DNA of 32,000 nucleotides from an archaeon GW2011_AR10 (GTDB lineage Archaea; Iainarchaeota; Iainarchaeia; Iainarchaeales; GW2011-AR10): NCBI GenBank assembly GCA_000830275.1, contig CP010424.1, positions 420,001 to 452,000 of the forward strand, read 5' to 3'. Shown piece by piece: positions 1 to 7,562 of this stretch (position 1 is its first letter; each line of letters starts with the position of its first letter). The notes under the pieces were generated by a model. It saw only the letters and a program-made list of their open reading frames with translations, ran no database searches and was not told where the DNA came from. The position numbers and the translations under genes were made by a program.

Positions 1-37
1 ATGGGGTTTTTAAGCGTTTTCTGGCTGAGTTTTGTGA

Positions 38-325
38 ATGGAACTTGACCAGTTTACCGGCAGGCCCTGCAAGAGTAGCCTTGCGTTCGAGTTCTTGCCC
101 AAAAAAAAAGAAAAACTGGATTTGGCAAGTGCAGCAAAACAGCTGCGCATGGCAAAAGTTGAGGTAGAGGTTGAAACACCGGTGCTGTTGATGGTTAAGC
201 TGGAGGGCACAGACTTAAGCCTCTTCAGGAACGGCAAAATAATGGTCAAGGAAACAAGGGAAGAGGCAAAGGCAAGGGAAAAAGCCGAAAAGCTCCTGAA
301 ACTGCTTAAAACAGGCAGGGGTTAA
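38..325 (+). CDS. hypothetical small protein (95 aa), Lys/Glu-rich C-terminus
   Basis: ATG ORF. In-frame stops at 11-13, 26-28 and 35-37 show it is not a gene truncated by the window edge. The segment LSLFRNGKIMVKETREEAKAREKAEKLL recalls the C-terminal tail of some ThiF/MoeB-type adenylyltransferases, but this is recollection only. Confidence 0.4.
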   Translation: MELDQFTGRPCKSSLAFEFLPKKKEKLDLASAAKQLRMAKVEVEVETPVLLMVKLEGTDLSLFRNGKIMVKETREEAKAREKAEKLLKLLKTGRG

Positions 326-386
326 GCTTAAATAGGAAAAACAACATATTAAACCTAAATTGCTTCATTCAAATAAACTTTGAAAA

Positions 387-392
387 AGGTGA
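387..392 (+). promoter_or_regulatory. Shine-Dalgarno-like AGGTGA, 7 nt upstream of the ATG at 400
   Basis: Sequence aaaAGGTGAaaaaaagATG read directly. Confidence 0.5.
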
Positions 393-399
393 AAAAAAG

Positions 400-1044
400 A
401 TGGTTGATTTCGCTGGAGCGATAAAAAAGCCTTTCTCTGACGGCAAGACGGCACTAATAGGAATAGTCGTCGGGTTGATTCCGGTTGTGAGCCTGCTTCT
501 TTCAGGCTATGGAGTAAAGGTTGCACAGAACACTCTGAACAAAAACAAGTCACTTCCTGCTTGGGGTTTAACCAACATTGGAGACCACATAATAAAGTCA
601 ATTATGGTGCTGGTTATCCATATAATTTACGGCATTCCTGGAGGAATTTTGTTGGCTGTTGCGCTCGGCGCAGCAATAGTTACCCTGCTTTCAAGTGGTG
701 ACTTCATCTCAGCGTTTGCAGCAGGCGGGTTAATCGGAATTCTTGGCATTCTACTCCTGCTCGTTGGGGCAATTCTTGCTTCAATGGGAGTAATCTTTTA
801 TGCTAAGGAAGGAAACTTCGGTGCAGCCTTCAAGTTCGGCGCAATACTGAAAAAAGTCCTGACAGGCAAATACATTATATCATTAGTGGTGGTAATAGCT
901 TGGGCTATTGTCCTAGGAATAGTTGCAGTAATTCTTGCAATCATTCCAATAATAGGCTCATTGGTTGGAGCAGGGCTTTTGGGGTATGCACTAACAGTAA
1001 CTGCCTACACGATATTCTCCGAAGTCTTTAACGAAACCAAGTAG
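400..1044 (+). CDS. polytopic membrane protein, DUF4013-like
   Basis: 214-aa ORF with SD. Multiple hydrophobic helices. The LPAWG...IIKSIMVLVIHIIYGIPG layout resembles archaeal DUF4013 proteins as I remember them. Confidence 0.65.
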   Translation: MVDFAGAIKKPFSDGKTALIGIVVGLIPVVSLLLSGYGVKVAQNTLNKNKSLPAWGLTNIGDHIIKSIMVLVIHIIYGIPGGILLAVALGAAIVTLLSSGDFISAFAAGGLIGILGILLLLVGAILASMGVIFYAKEGNFGAAFKFGAILKKVLTGKYIISLVVVIAWAIVLGIVAVILAIIPIIGSLVGAGLLGYALTVTAYTIFSEVFNETK

Positions 1045-1054
1045 GCATTTCAAC

Positions 1055-1069
1055 TTTTTTTCTTTTTTT
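1055..1069 (+). terminator. oligo-T tract (tttttttcttttttt) after the stop at 1044
   Basis: Archaeal terminators are typically oligo-T runs. The tract begins 11 nt after the stop codon. Confidence 0.45.
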
Positions 1070-1091
1070 ATACAAAGTCTTTTAAACATCT

Positions 1092-2222
1092 GTGGGTTTA
1101 AAGTTCCGTATGCGAAACTTTTCCCTCGGAAAGCTGTTCGGAATAAGGCTGGAGTTGCACAGCACGTTCATTCTGCTTATTGCCGCAATAACCGGCTTCC
1201 TCGCAATATTTGATTTCCCTAGCCTTGTTCCAACTCTTGTACTTTTGTTTTTCCTTTTCGTTTCGGTTTTCATCCACGAGCTGTTCCACTCAATCGTTGC
1301 AATATCAAAAGGAATAAAGGTGGAAAAAATCACGCTGCTGCCAATCGGCGGGATTTCATTAACTGAGGAAATTCCGGAAAAGCCTTTAGACGAGTTCCTG
1401 ATAGCTGTTGCAGGGCCAATGTTCAATTTCATTGTTGTAGTGCTGATTGCCCTGCTATTAAGTTTTTTTCCGCAGCTACCGTGGCCGTGGCACATATTCA
1501 CTGACCCTGCTGCAGGAGCAGAGGAACTCAACCAAGCGCTTTTAGATTTCCCGCTGTTCAGCCTGTTCTGGGTTAACCTGGTTTTAGGCGCATTCAACCT
1601 CTTTGTACCAGCCCTGCCTCTCGATGGTGGAAGAGTGCTGAGAAGCATTCTCTCCTGGAGGCTTGGATTCAGCAAAGCAACAAGGATTGCAGCAGGAGTG
1701 TCCACTGTCCTGTCATTGTTTCTCTTCCTCATAGGTTTTTTTTCTGGAAACATTATTCTGCTAATAATAGCAATTTTCATTTACTTGGGAGCAGGCCAAG
1801 AAAATGAGTTTGCAGCACTCAAGGAAACACTTAAGGGGGTTGACTTAACGGCAGTGCTAAACAAAAAGCCTCTAATTCTCAAGCAGGAAACAACGCTTGA
1901 AGAAGCATTCCAGCTACTCCAGAAAAAGAACCAGACAGCATTTCTTGTTGAAACCGGCAATGGCATTGGCTTTGTTTCAGTTGACGTTTTAGAGGGAATC
2001 AAGAGAAGCAGGTGGCCTGTAGTGAATGTGGCGGAAGCAGCAGCAGAACTGCCAAAAATAAGCCTTACCGATTCCCCAATAAAAATCGTGACAAAGTCAC
2101 TGAGCAGGAACTATCCTTTCACGCTTGTTTACTCCAGCGGAAAACTTGTTGGAGTGATTGACGAAGAACAGCTCAGGAAATTCCTCAAAATAACAAAATT
2201 AAATAAGGAATCGCAGCACTAA
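1092..2222 (+). CDS. site-2 protease (peptidase M50) with C-terminal CBS pair
   Basis: HELFHS (HExxH) lies in a TM helix. NLFVPALPLDGGRVL is the second M50 signature. The C-terminal ~130 aa (KPLILKQETTLEEAF...AFLVE...GKLVGVIDEEQL) look like tandem CBS domains. The start is GTG 1092 or ATG 1110 (MRNFSLGKLFG). Confidence 0.85.
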   Translation: MGLKFRMRNFSLGKLFGIRLELHSTFILLIAAITGFLAIFDFPSLVPTLVLLFFLFVSVFIHELFHSIVAISKGIKVEKITLLPIGGISLTEEIPEKPLDEFLIAVAGPMFNFIVVVLIALLLSFFPQLPWPWHIFTDPAAGAEELNQALLDFPLFSLFWVNLVLGAFNLFVPALPLDGGRVLRSILSWRLGFSKATRIAAGVSTVLSLFLFLIGFFSGNIILLIIAIFIYLGAGQENEFAALKETLKGVDLTAVLNKKPLILKQETTLEEAFQLLQKKNQTAFLVETGNGIGFVSVDVLEGIKRSRWPVVNVAEAAAELPKISLTDSPIKIVTKSLSRNYPFTLVYSSGKLVGVIDEEQLRKFLKITKLNKESQH

Positions 2223-2235
2223 TTTTATTGCATCT

Positions 2236-2342
2236 GCCGGGGTCGCATAATGGTATTGCACTGGTCTCGAATTATGGCGTAAAAATTAATGCGGGCAAAC
2301 CAGCGTCCTTTGGACTTGGGAGTTCGAATCTCTCCCCCGGCG
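2236..2342 (+). tRNA. tRNA-Ser(CGA) with a 26-nt intron (2272-2297) after position 37
   Basis: Hand-folded cloverleaf:
- Acceptor stem: GCCGGGG / CCCCGGC, discriminator G.
- Anticodon stem: CTGGT / ACCAG.
- Anticodon loop after intron removal: CU-CGA-AA.
- Long variable arm: GTCC-TTT-GGAC (class II).
- T arm: GGGAG-TTCGAAT-CTCTC.
- No CCA is encoded. Confidence 0.8.
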
Positions 2343-2365
2343 CTCTCAGTTTCCCCACCAAAAAA

Positions 2366-2374
2366 TTTAAATAT
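2366..2374 (+). promoter_or_regulatory. TATA box (TTTAAATAT) about 25 nt upstream of ATG 2395; the transcript is probably leaderless
   Basis: Matches the archaeal TTTAWATA consensus. An A-rich BRE-like stretch lies immediately upstream. Confidence 0.5.
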
Positions 2375-2394
2375 GTGAGCAGAGGGCTACTATT

Positions 2395-3036
2395 ATGGCT
2401 GCTTCCAGGAAACCAAAATCCGCTGCGAAGGGAAAGCAGATAAAGCTGATTGAGAAGCCTGAACCAAAGGAAGACCGCTTGGAGGACATAAAAGAACATG
2501 TCGAGGAGATAAGGGACGAAATAGAGGACAGCGGAAAGGACGTTGAAGAAATCAAGGAAGACGTGGAGGAAATAAAAGAGGACTTGGAGGAAATACAGGA
2601 AAAGCAGAAATCAATTCTTGGCAGGATTTCTTCAAAGCTTTTGCCGGAGGAATTCGGATTAGACGACTTTGCCCAGCAGATTGTCGGGGCAATTGTTTTC
2701 AGCGCTCCGCTGGCAGTAACAGAGGAAGTGTGGCGCTTAAGCCAAAGCCTTGACTTAATTCATGTCATCGTGATTGTTCTCATAACTGTTTTGTTTGATG
2801 TCCTGCTAATCCATTACACGAAAATCCAGAACACTAAAAGGGAAACAATTTTTGGGGTGATTCCAAAAAGGCTTTTTTCTCTGGTGCTCGTCTCATACAT
2901 TACTGCTTCAGTGATGCTTTACGTTTTGGGCGTGATTGGAGGCCAGGTCAACACTTTTGAGTGGGCAGTTAAAGTAATAATTTTTGTCGGAATGTTTGCC
3001 AATATCGGGGCTGGCGCAGTGGACATGCTTAGATAG
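2395..3036 (+). CDS. membrane protein with an acidic coiled-coil N-terminus (possibly DUF2391-like)
   Basis: 213 aa. The N-terminal 75 aa are Glu/Asp/Lys-rich heptads. The C-terminal half has about 4 TM helices. GAIVFSAPLAVTEEVW resembles the DUF2391 motif from memory. Confidence 0.65.
   Translation: MAASRKPKSAAKGKQIKLIEKPEPKEDRLEDIKEHVEEIRDEIEDSGKDVEEIKEDVEEIKEDLEEIQEKQKSILGRISSKLLPEEFGLDDFAQQIVGAIVFSAPLAVTEEVWRLSQSLDLIHVIVIVLITVLFDVLLIHYTKIQNTKRETIFGVIPKRLFSLVLVSYITASVMLYVLGVIGGQVNTFEWAVKVIIFVGMFANIGAGAVDMLR
2539..2601 (+). repeat. 3 x 21-nt in-frame tandem repeat encoding DVEEIKE-DVEEIKE-DLEEIQE
   Basis: Units: gacgttgaagaaatcaaggaa / gacgtggaggaaataaaagag / gacttggaggaaatacaggaa. Confidence 0.85.
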
Positions 3037-3038
3037 CT

Positions 3039-3055
3039 TATGGCAAACAGCCATA
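3039..3055. terminator. hairpin TATGGC-aaaca-GCCATA between convergent genes
   Basis: Perfect 6-bp inverted repeat in the 44-nt gap between the stops at 3036 (+) and 3081 (-). Terminator function is inferred only. Confidence 0.3.
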
Positions 3056-3080
3056 ATATCTGCGGATTGTTTTGGGTTGT

Positions 3081-4130
3081 TCACTGTTTCGAATACTGCT
3101 GTATCAGCTCTTCCAGCCTTCCCTTGAATTCCTTGTTGGATGCCTTAATGTTTGCCTTCTTCAACTGTGCACTGAATTTTTTGTTACCTGAAAAAAACTC
3201 GGTTAACCCCTGCATGGAAGGGTTTTCTTCAGCAACACCAAAGCCTAGCTCTTTAACCATTGCACCATTGTGGAACCTTTCAAACCAGTCAATTGAAGCA
3301 GTAACATAAACCGGTTTTTTCAGCACAACCGCTTCAGAAATCGTTCCCATGCCGCCGTGGCAGAGAACTCCAGAACAGTTAAGCATGTCATCAGCCCAAT
3401 CCTCTCTTGAAAAACTCTTGAACTCAACGTTTCCGTGTTTCCTGCTTGAACCATAAACAACAAAGCGTTTATCTGGAAATTCTCTGAATAAATTTGTAAA
3501 GTTCTGAAGGTTTTCTTTTGAAGCATACGCTAGGAAAAAGCCTTGGTCCTGCGGCTTTTTTCCGGCAAGATCCTCCCTGACAAGGGGGTGAAAGAACTCC
3601 ATTCTGCCACTGTTTTCTGGTTTCATTATTGATGTTACAAGAAAGCGGTCAGCTGAAAAGTAGGCGCGCAGCATCAATTCATCGGTGAGAGAGTAGGCAA
3701 TTTTTTGGCTGAATGAGAGCCTTGTCTTAAAGTAGTTTGCCAAGTGCATGTTTGAAATCAGTATAACCTTTATTCCGGAGAGCTTCCCGGCATACAAGCC
3801 GTTGAAATCAAAATCCGAAACAATTACTTCCGGCCTGAATTCCCTGATTATTTTTCTCAGCCTGGAAAAGTTGTGGAACAACACAAAAGGAACTTTAACA
3901 GAATTAAAAGCAATTGACTTAAGCCTGTCAATCCTCCCATCACTGTGGAAGTAGTACTTGAACCAGTTAAGCGCTTCAACTTTTCCGAATTCTTTTTTAA
4001 GGAATGGCAAGCCTTCACTGTAAGAAGTTATGAGAAGCTCGTGCCTTCTTGAAAGATTTTTGATTAAAATGCTTGACCTTCCAGCATGACCCAAGCCGAC
4101 ACCGCAGACCGCGAAAAGAACTCTGGCCAC
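3081..4130 (-). CDS. GT-B glycosyltransferase, MJ1255/GT28-C-terminal-like (paralog 2)
   Basis: N-terminal MARVLFAVCGVGLGHAGRS Gly-rich loop. C-terminal VLCHGGMGTISEAVVLKKPV nucleotide-sugar motif. GTG start overlaps the upstream stop by 1 nt (TAGTG). Confidence 0.85.
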   Translation of the reverse strand: MARVLFAVCGVGLGHAGRSSILIKNLSRRHELLITSYSEGLPFLKKEFGKVEALNWFKYYFHSDGRIDRLKSIAFNSVKVPFVLFHNFSRLRKIIREFRPEVIVSDFDFNGLYAGKLSGIKVILISNMHLANYFKTRLSFSQKIAYSLTDELMLRAYFSADRFLVTSIMKPENSGRMEFFHPLVREDLAGKKPQDQGFFLAYASKENLQNFTNLFREFPDKRFVVYGSSRKHGNVEFKSFSREDWADDMLNCSGVLCHGGMGTISEAVVLKKPVYVTASIDWFERFHNGAMVKELGFGVAEENPSMQGLTEFFSGNKKFSAQLKKANIKASNKEFKGRLEELIQQYSKQ

Positions 4131-5191
4131 TACTTTTCCCGCCCTCTCAGTTCCAGCTTAATAAGCGATTTTACTTTTCTCACAATCTTCGAGTTCTCAG
4201 CAGTTATTTTGCTTTTTGCCAAGTTTTCCTTGAATTTGGGCAGCGAGGAAATGAATGAACTGATGCCCTGCACGGAGGGCTTCTCTTCAAGCAGCCCGAA
4301 GCCGAGCTTTTCAACCAGTTTTCCGTTGTAGTAGCGTTCCGAGAACTCTTTTGGGGTGAAAACGAAAACCGGCTTTTTCAGTATTACTGCTTCAGAAATC
4401 AGCGAAAGCCCGCCATGGCAGAACACTCCAGAACAGTTGCTGAGGTCCCTTGTGAACTCTTTATCCGAGAACATGGGCTTAAAAGAAATATTTTTCTCGT
4501 CAGGCAGCTTTTTTCCGCGCACAACGAATTTTTGTTTCGGAAACTTCCTCAGAATGGGAATTATGCCGCCAAGCTGGGTTTCAGAGCTGTAAACAAGGAA
4601 ATAGCCCTTGTCTTTTGGTTTCGCTTTTAGGATTTCCTGCCTGAGCAGCGGATAAAAAAAGTAAACATTCTTTGATTTTGCCTTTGGCTTGACGATTGAA
4701 ACAACAATTGTGTGGTTGGAGCTGTCAAAGGCTTTTATGACAGGGCGCTGTGTTAAATAATAATCAATTTTTTCGTTAATGTTCGCAAAAAGGCGCTCGT
4801 ATTCCATCAAGTGCATGTTAGATATTGTTATAGTTGGAATATTTAGTAAGCCAGCAACATATAGGCCGTTGATGTCAAAGTCTGAAACAACAATGTCAGG
4901 CTTGAACTTCTCAGAAATCTTGAAAAGCTTTAGGAAATTTGAAGCAAAAACAAATGGCGCCCTAGGAATATTGTAAAAGATTGTCGTGATAGGCTTGTAT
5001 TGGTCTTTATCGTAAATCAGCCTGAACCAGTTAATCTGGGTTACGTCAAACTGCTCTTTCAAAAAGTTGTAGCCGTCGCCGTAGCTTACAACAAGCACTT
5101 CATGCTCTTTCATCAACTCCTTTATTATAACAGAGGAGCGGGCTGCATGCCCCATTCCAATGCCGCATACAGTGAAGAGAACCCTAGCCAT
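4130..5191 (-). CDS. GT-B glycosyltransferase, MJ1255/GT28-C-terminal-like (paralog 1)
   Basis: MARVLFTVCGIGMGHAARS and VFCHGGLSLISEAVILKKPV motifs. ATG 5191 is preferred over ATG 5206 because it aligns with the paralog's N-terminus. Confidence 0.85.
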   Translation of the reverse strand: MARVLFTVCGIGMGHAARSSVIIKELMKEHEVLVVSYGDGYNFLKEQFDVTQINWFRLIYDKDQYKPITTIFYNIPRAPFVFASNFLKLFKISEKFKPDIVVSDFDINGLYVAGLLNIPTITISNMHLMEYERLFANINEKIDYYLTQRPVIKAFDSSNHTIVVSIVKPKAKSKNVYFFYPLLRQEILKAKPKDKGYFLVYSSETQLGGIIPILRKFPKQKFVVRGKKLPDEKNISFKPMFSDKEFTRDLSNCSGVFCHGGLSLISEAVILKKPVFVFTPKEFSERYYNGKLVEKLGFGLLEEKPSVQGISSFISSLPKFKENLAKSKITAENSKIVRKVKSLIKLELRGREK

Positions 5192-6008
5192 TTTTTCTCG
5201 CCGCATCGTTCACAGCATAGAACGGGCCAATAAAGTAAACAAAGTCGTTTGAAATTTTTAGTTTTATCGGAGACAAGTACAAGTCTGCAAAAAATTTGGA
5301 TTTGTTTCTTTCAGCCAGAAGCCTTGAAATCAGCTGCGACACAGTTGAAGCAGGAAAAGAAATGCTCTTGTTTTTTGCCTTAAGGCTGAATTCACTTGCA
5401 ATCCTGCTCACCAGTTCCTCATCTGACTTGAATACTACTTCACTCAAGCCAAAGGCTTCAACGGCTTTTTCAATTGACTTGGAAGCGCCTTCATCAAAGG
5501 GCCTTCTTTCAATGTCATTGAAGCCCAGCTCTTTCAGTGCCTCAATTTGTTCCCTGAAAACCTTTGACATGTACTCCAAGTGCTTTGCCTGGCTTTCAAC
5601 TTTTTCCCCCACCAATGCGAGGTCGCTTATATAAAAGTCTGTTGAGCCCTTTGCGGCCTTCAACAAATCCTTGTCTTGCTTGGCGCGTTCCAGCATTGTC
5701 TGCAGCTGCTGTACAACAGAATCAACTGAGTGCTCGGCCTGGCCGGAATTGATTGTCTTGTTCAGCTTGAGGATGAGCTTGTTCTTCATCTCCTGGTTCA
5801 CAAGAATGACTGCCTTGTCCGTTGCAAAAAAACTCTTGTTTCTCCTTACCACCAGCCCGAAAATTGAGAGGTCTTTGAGCGCACGGGAAAGAGCAGCCCT
5901 GGCCGAGTTCACGCTGGAATAGTTGGCTGAAACCCTGTTAAGGAGGGCATTGTAGTCAATGCCTGGGCTCTGCTTGATTATTAACAAAATAGAGTTTTTG
6001 GCCGTCAC
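5184..6008 (-). CDS. hypothetical protein with a probable N-terminal winged-helix domain and a helical C-terminal region
   Basis: 274 aa with a GTG start. SPGIDYNALLNRV...ARAALSRALKDLSIFGLVVRR looks like a wHTH. Its stop overlaps the start of the downstream GT gene by 8 nt. Confidence 0.6.
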   Translation of the reverse strand: MTAKNSILLIIKQSPGIDYNALLNRVSANYSSVNSARAALSRALKDLSIFGLVVRRNKSFFATDKAVILVNQEMKNKLILKLNKTINSGQAEHSVDSVVQQLQTMLERAKQDKDLLKAAKGSTDFYISDLALVGEKVESQAKHLEYMSKVFREQIEALKELGFNDIERRPFDEGASKSIEKAVEAFGLSEVVFKSDEELVSRIASEFSLKAKNKSISFPASTVSQLISRLLAERNKSKFFADLYLSPIKLKISNDFVYFIGPFYAVNDAARKNG

Positions 6009-6060
6009 GTTAATAGAATTTGTGGGGAAAAGTTAAAAAAAGGTGAGATAGAAGCAGGAA

Positions 6061-7557
6061 TTGAATAAGATTTTTATTTACAGGAATTGTTTGTTGTTTA
6101 TGGCATTCAGGGGAACATTCATAGAGAGAAAAAGGAATAATGCAATTTCCATGGGAAACAACTCCGGAAAACCAAACAATTCCATAAAAAGAAGAAGGAT
6201 TATTGGAAGGCAAACATTTCAGGGGCCATCCATTATAAGGTATGTGAATCTGGGTGCAGGGGCAGGCACAGTAGCCGGATTGGGCCACGCATTCTTTTTC
6301 CGCATAAAAGCCAGCGAAAGCAGGGCTGCTGCAAGGCAACCCTGGTTTGGTGCCTTGGAATCAGGGGGCAATATCAAGGTTTTAGTTGAAAGGTTCGGCG
6401 GAAAAGATTTGTATGAAATCCAGGCAAGGAGTGAAGCGCTTAAGACAGAAATTTACAGGGAATACGCTTTGCGGGGGCACAGTACATTCGGAAACGATTT
6501 TAAAGTTGGCTTTGAAACAGAGGCATCCGGAAAAATGACTATTTCACTGGAAATGAAAAACCGGCCCAATGACCCTTTGCTGGATCAGAGGCTTCAGCAG
6601 ATAATAGAAAAAAATGCAGATTATTTTTCTGACAGGTATGTTAGGATTTTGGGCAGAGTGTCTGATTACCAGAAAAAGCACAATTTGAAAACTGTTGGTG
6701 AGACAGTAAACTTCCTGCAGAAGCAGGAAGCAGAAAAACAAGAAGCCACAACAAGAGAGCCAAAACCGATGCCACCAAGCAAAGGGGATTATTATAATGA
6801 GGGCGCTTTGGGGGCGTCAACCGGCATGACTTTTGCATTATTGAGTGCAGTTGTCGGAAAAAAAATCGCCAAAGCCGTCAATAGAAGGATTCTGAGAAGA
6901 AGGGCAAAAACCGAACAGCCAAAAAAAGAAACTACTTTCAAAAAACCCGCCTTACTGGAACTAGAAAAAGGTTCTGCACCAATAAAATTTAACAGTGAAG
7001 AAGCCCAAAGAACTAACAACGTGGTTTTACCGCATGTTGCGGAACAGCAATATGTTGTAACGGTGAGAAGAATTGGAATGGGTGCAGGCTTAAGCAGGTC
7101 TGAGGCAAAAAGACTTTCACGCAGGTGCAGAACCAGAGGCATCAGAAGCGATGAAATGAAAAGAATTAACACAGAAATTTTGGAAATTAAAAGAGAGCGG
7201 AACACAGCATTACAAAAGGCGGTTGACAAATTGCCTGCAGCAGTAAAAGGAGAGGCAAGAAAATTTAAGGTTGAAACAACTGCTTCAGCCAGCCGGCAGA
7301 TTGAAAATTTGGATCCGGGGACAAGGCAAATTGTTGAAAGAAAAATTGAGGAATTAGTTGGGCCTAAAAGGGATAAGCGGCTAAGGCACCTTCGAAATAA
7401 ATATGAAATTAAACCCACTGCACAATTAAGAATAATTTACAGCAGAACAAGGGATGGAAGAAAAATTATTGAGTGGGTCAGCAAAGACCACAAGCAAACT
7501 GAAAGGTGGCTTTTAAGCCAGACAATTGCAAGGAGAAAAAAGAACAAAAACCACTGA
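6061..7557 (+). CDS. hypothetical 498-aa protein with a C-terminal RelE/ParE-like domain
   Basis: Long ORF. The start is uncertain: TTG 6061, ATG 6100 or ATG 6151. The C-terminal ~95 aa (FKVETTASASRQIENLDPGTRQIVERKIEEL...KRLRHLRNKYEIKPTAQLRIIYSRTRDGRKIIEWVSKDH) follow the RelE/ParE pattern. The rest is unrecognised. Confidence 0.6.
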   Translation: MNKIFIYRNCLLFMAFRGTFIERKRNNAISMGNNSGKPNNSIKRRRIIGRQTFQGPSIIRYVNLGAGAGTVAGLGHAFFFRIKASESRAAARQPWFGALESGGNIKVLVERFGGKDLYEIQARSEALKTEIYREYALRGHSTFGNDFKVGFETEASGKMTISLEMKNRPNDPLLDQRLQQIIEKNADYFSDRYVRILGRVSDYQKKHNLKTVGETVNFLQKQEAEKQEATTREPKPMPPSKGDYYNEGALGASTGMTFALLSAVVGKKIAKAVNRRILRRRAKTEQPKKETTFKKPALLELEKGSAPIKFNSEEAQRTNNVVLPHVAEQQYVVTVRRIGMGAGLSRSEAKRLSRRCRTRGIRSDEMKRINTEILEIKRERNTALQKAVDKLPAAVKGEARKFKVETTASASRQIENLDPGTRQIVERKIEELVGPKRDKRLRHLRNKYEIKPTAQLRIIYSRTRDGRKIIEWVSKDHKQTERWLLSQTIARRKKNKNH

Positions 7558-7562
7558 TTTTT

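Noticed and set aside
1-168. Frame 3 is open from the window edge to ~168, and an A9 run (101-109) could join it to the 95-aa ORF by a frameshift.
   Set aside because: The frame-3 peptide (GVFKRFLAEFCEWNLTSLPAGPARVALRSSSCPKKKKNWIWQVQQNSCAWQKLR) is Trp/Cys-rich and looks non-coding. There is no positive evidence for a frameshifted gene. A frame-1 tail ending at 46-48 could be the end of an upstream gene, but it is too short to support.
1082-1780. 232-aa minus-strand ORF antisense to the M50 protease.
   Set aside because: The + strand product has unambiguous HExxH and LDGG motifs. The antisense product has none.
2228-2555. Track ORFs 2228-2443 (+), 2272-2499 (-) and 2367-2555 (-).
   Set aside because: They overlap the tRNA-Ser gene and the promoter and 5' end of the 2395 gene. 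None has coding features.
6010-7418. Minus-strand ORFs 6010-6339 and 6792-7418, opposite the 498-aa orphan gene.
   Set aside because: Both are shorter than the + strand ORF and low-complexity, and they lack upstream signals. The + frame carries the RelE-like pattern. Strand choice for this orphan region is nevertheless less certain than elsewhere.
7506-7562. The longer start for the 175-aa ORF, overlapping the upstream gene by 52 nt.
   Set aside because: The extension (MAFKPDNCKEKKEQKPLIF) mirrors the Lys-rich end of the upstream gene in another frame. ATG 7563, just after the upstream stop, is the simpler start.
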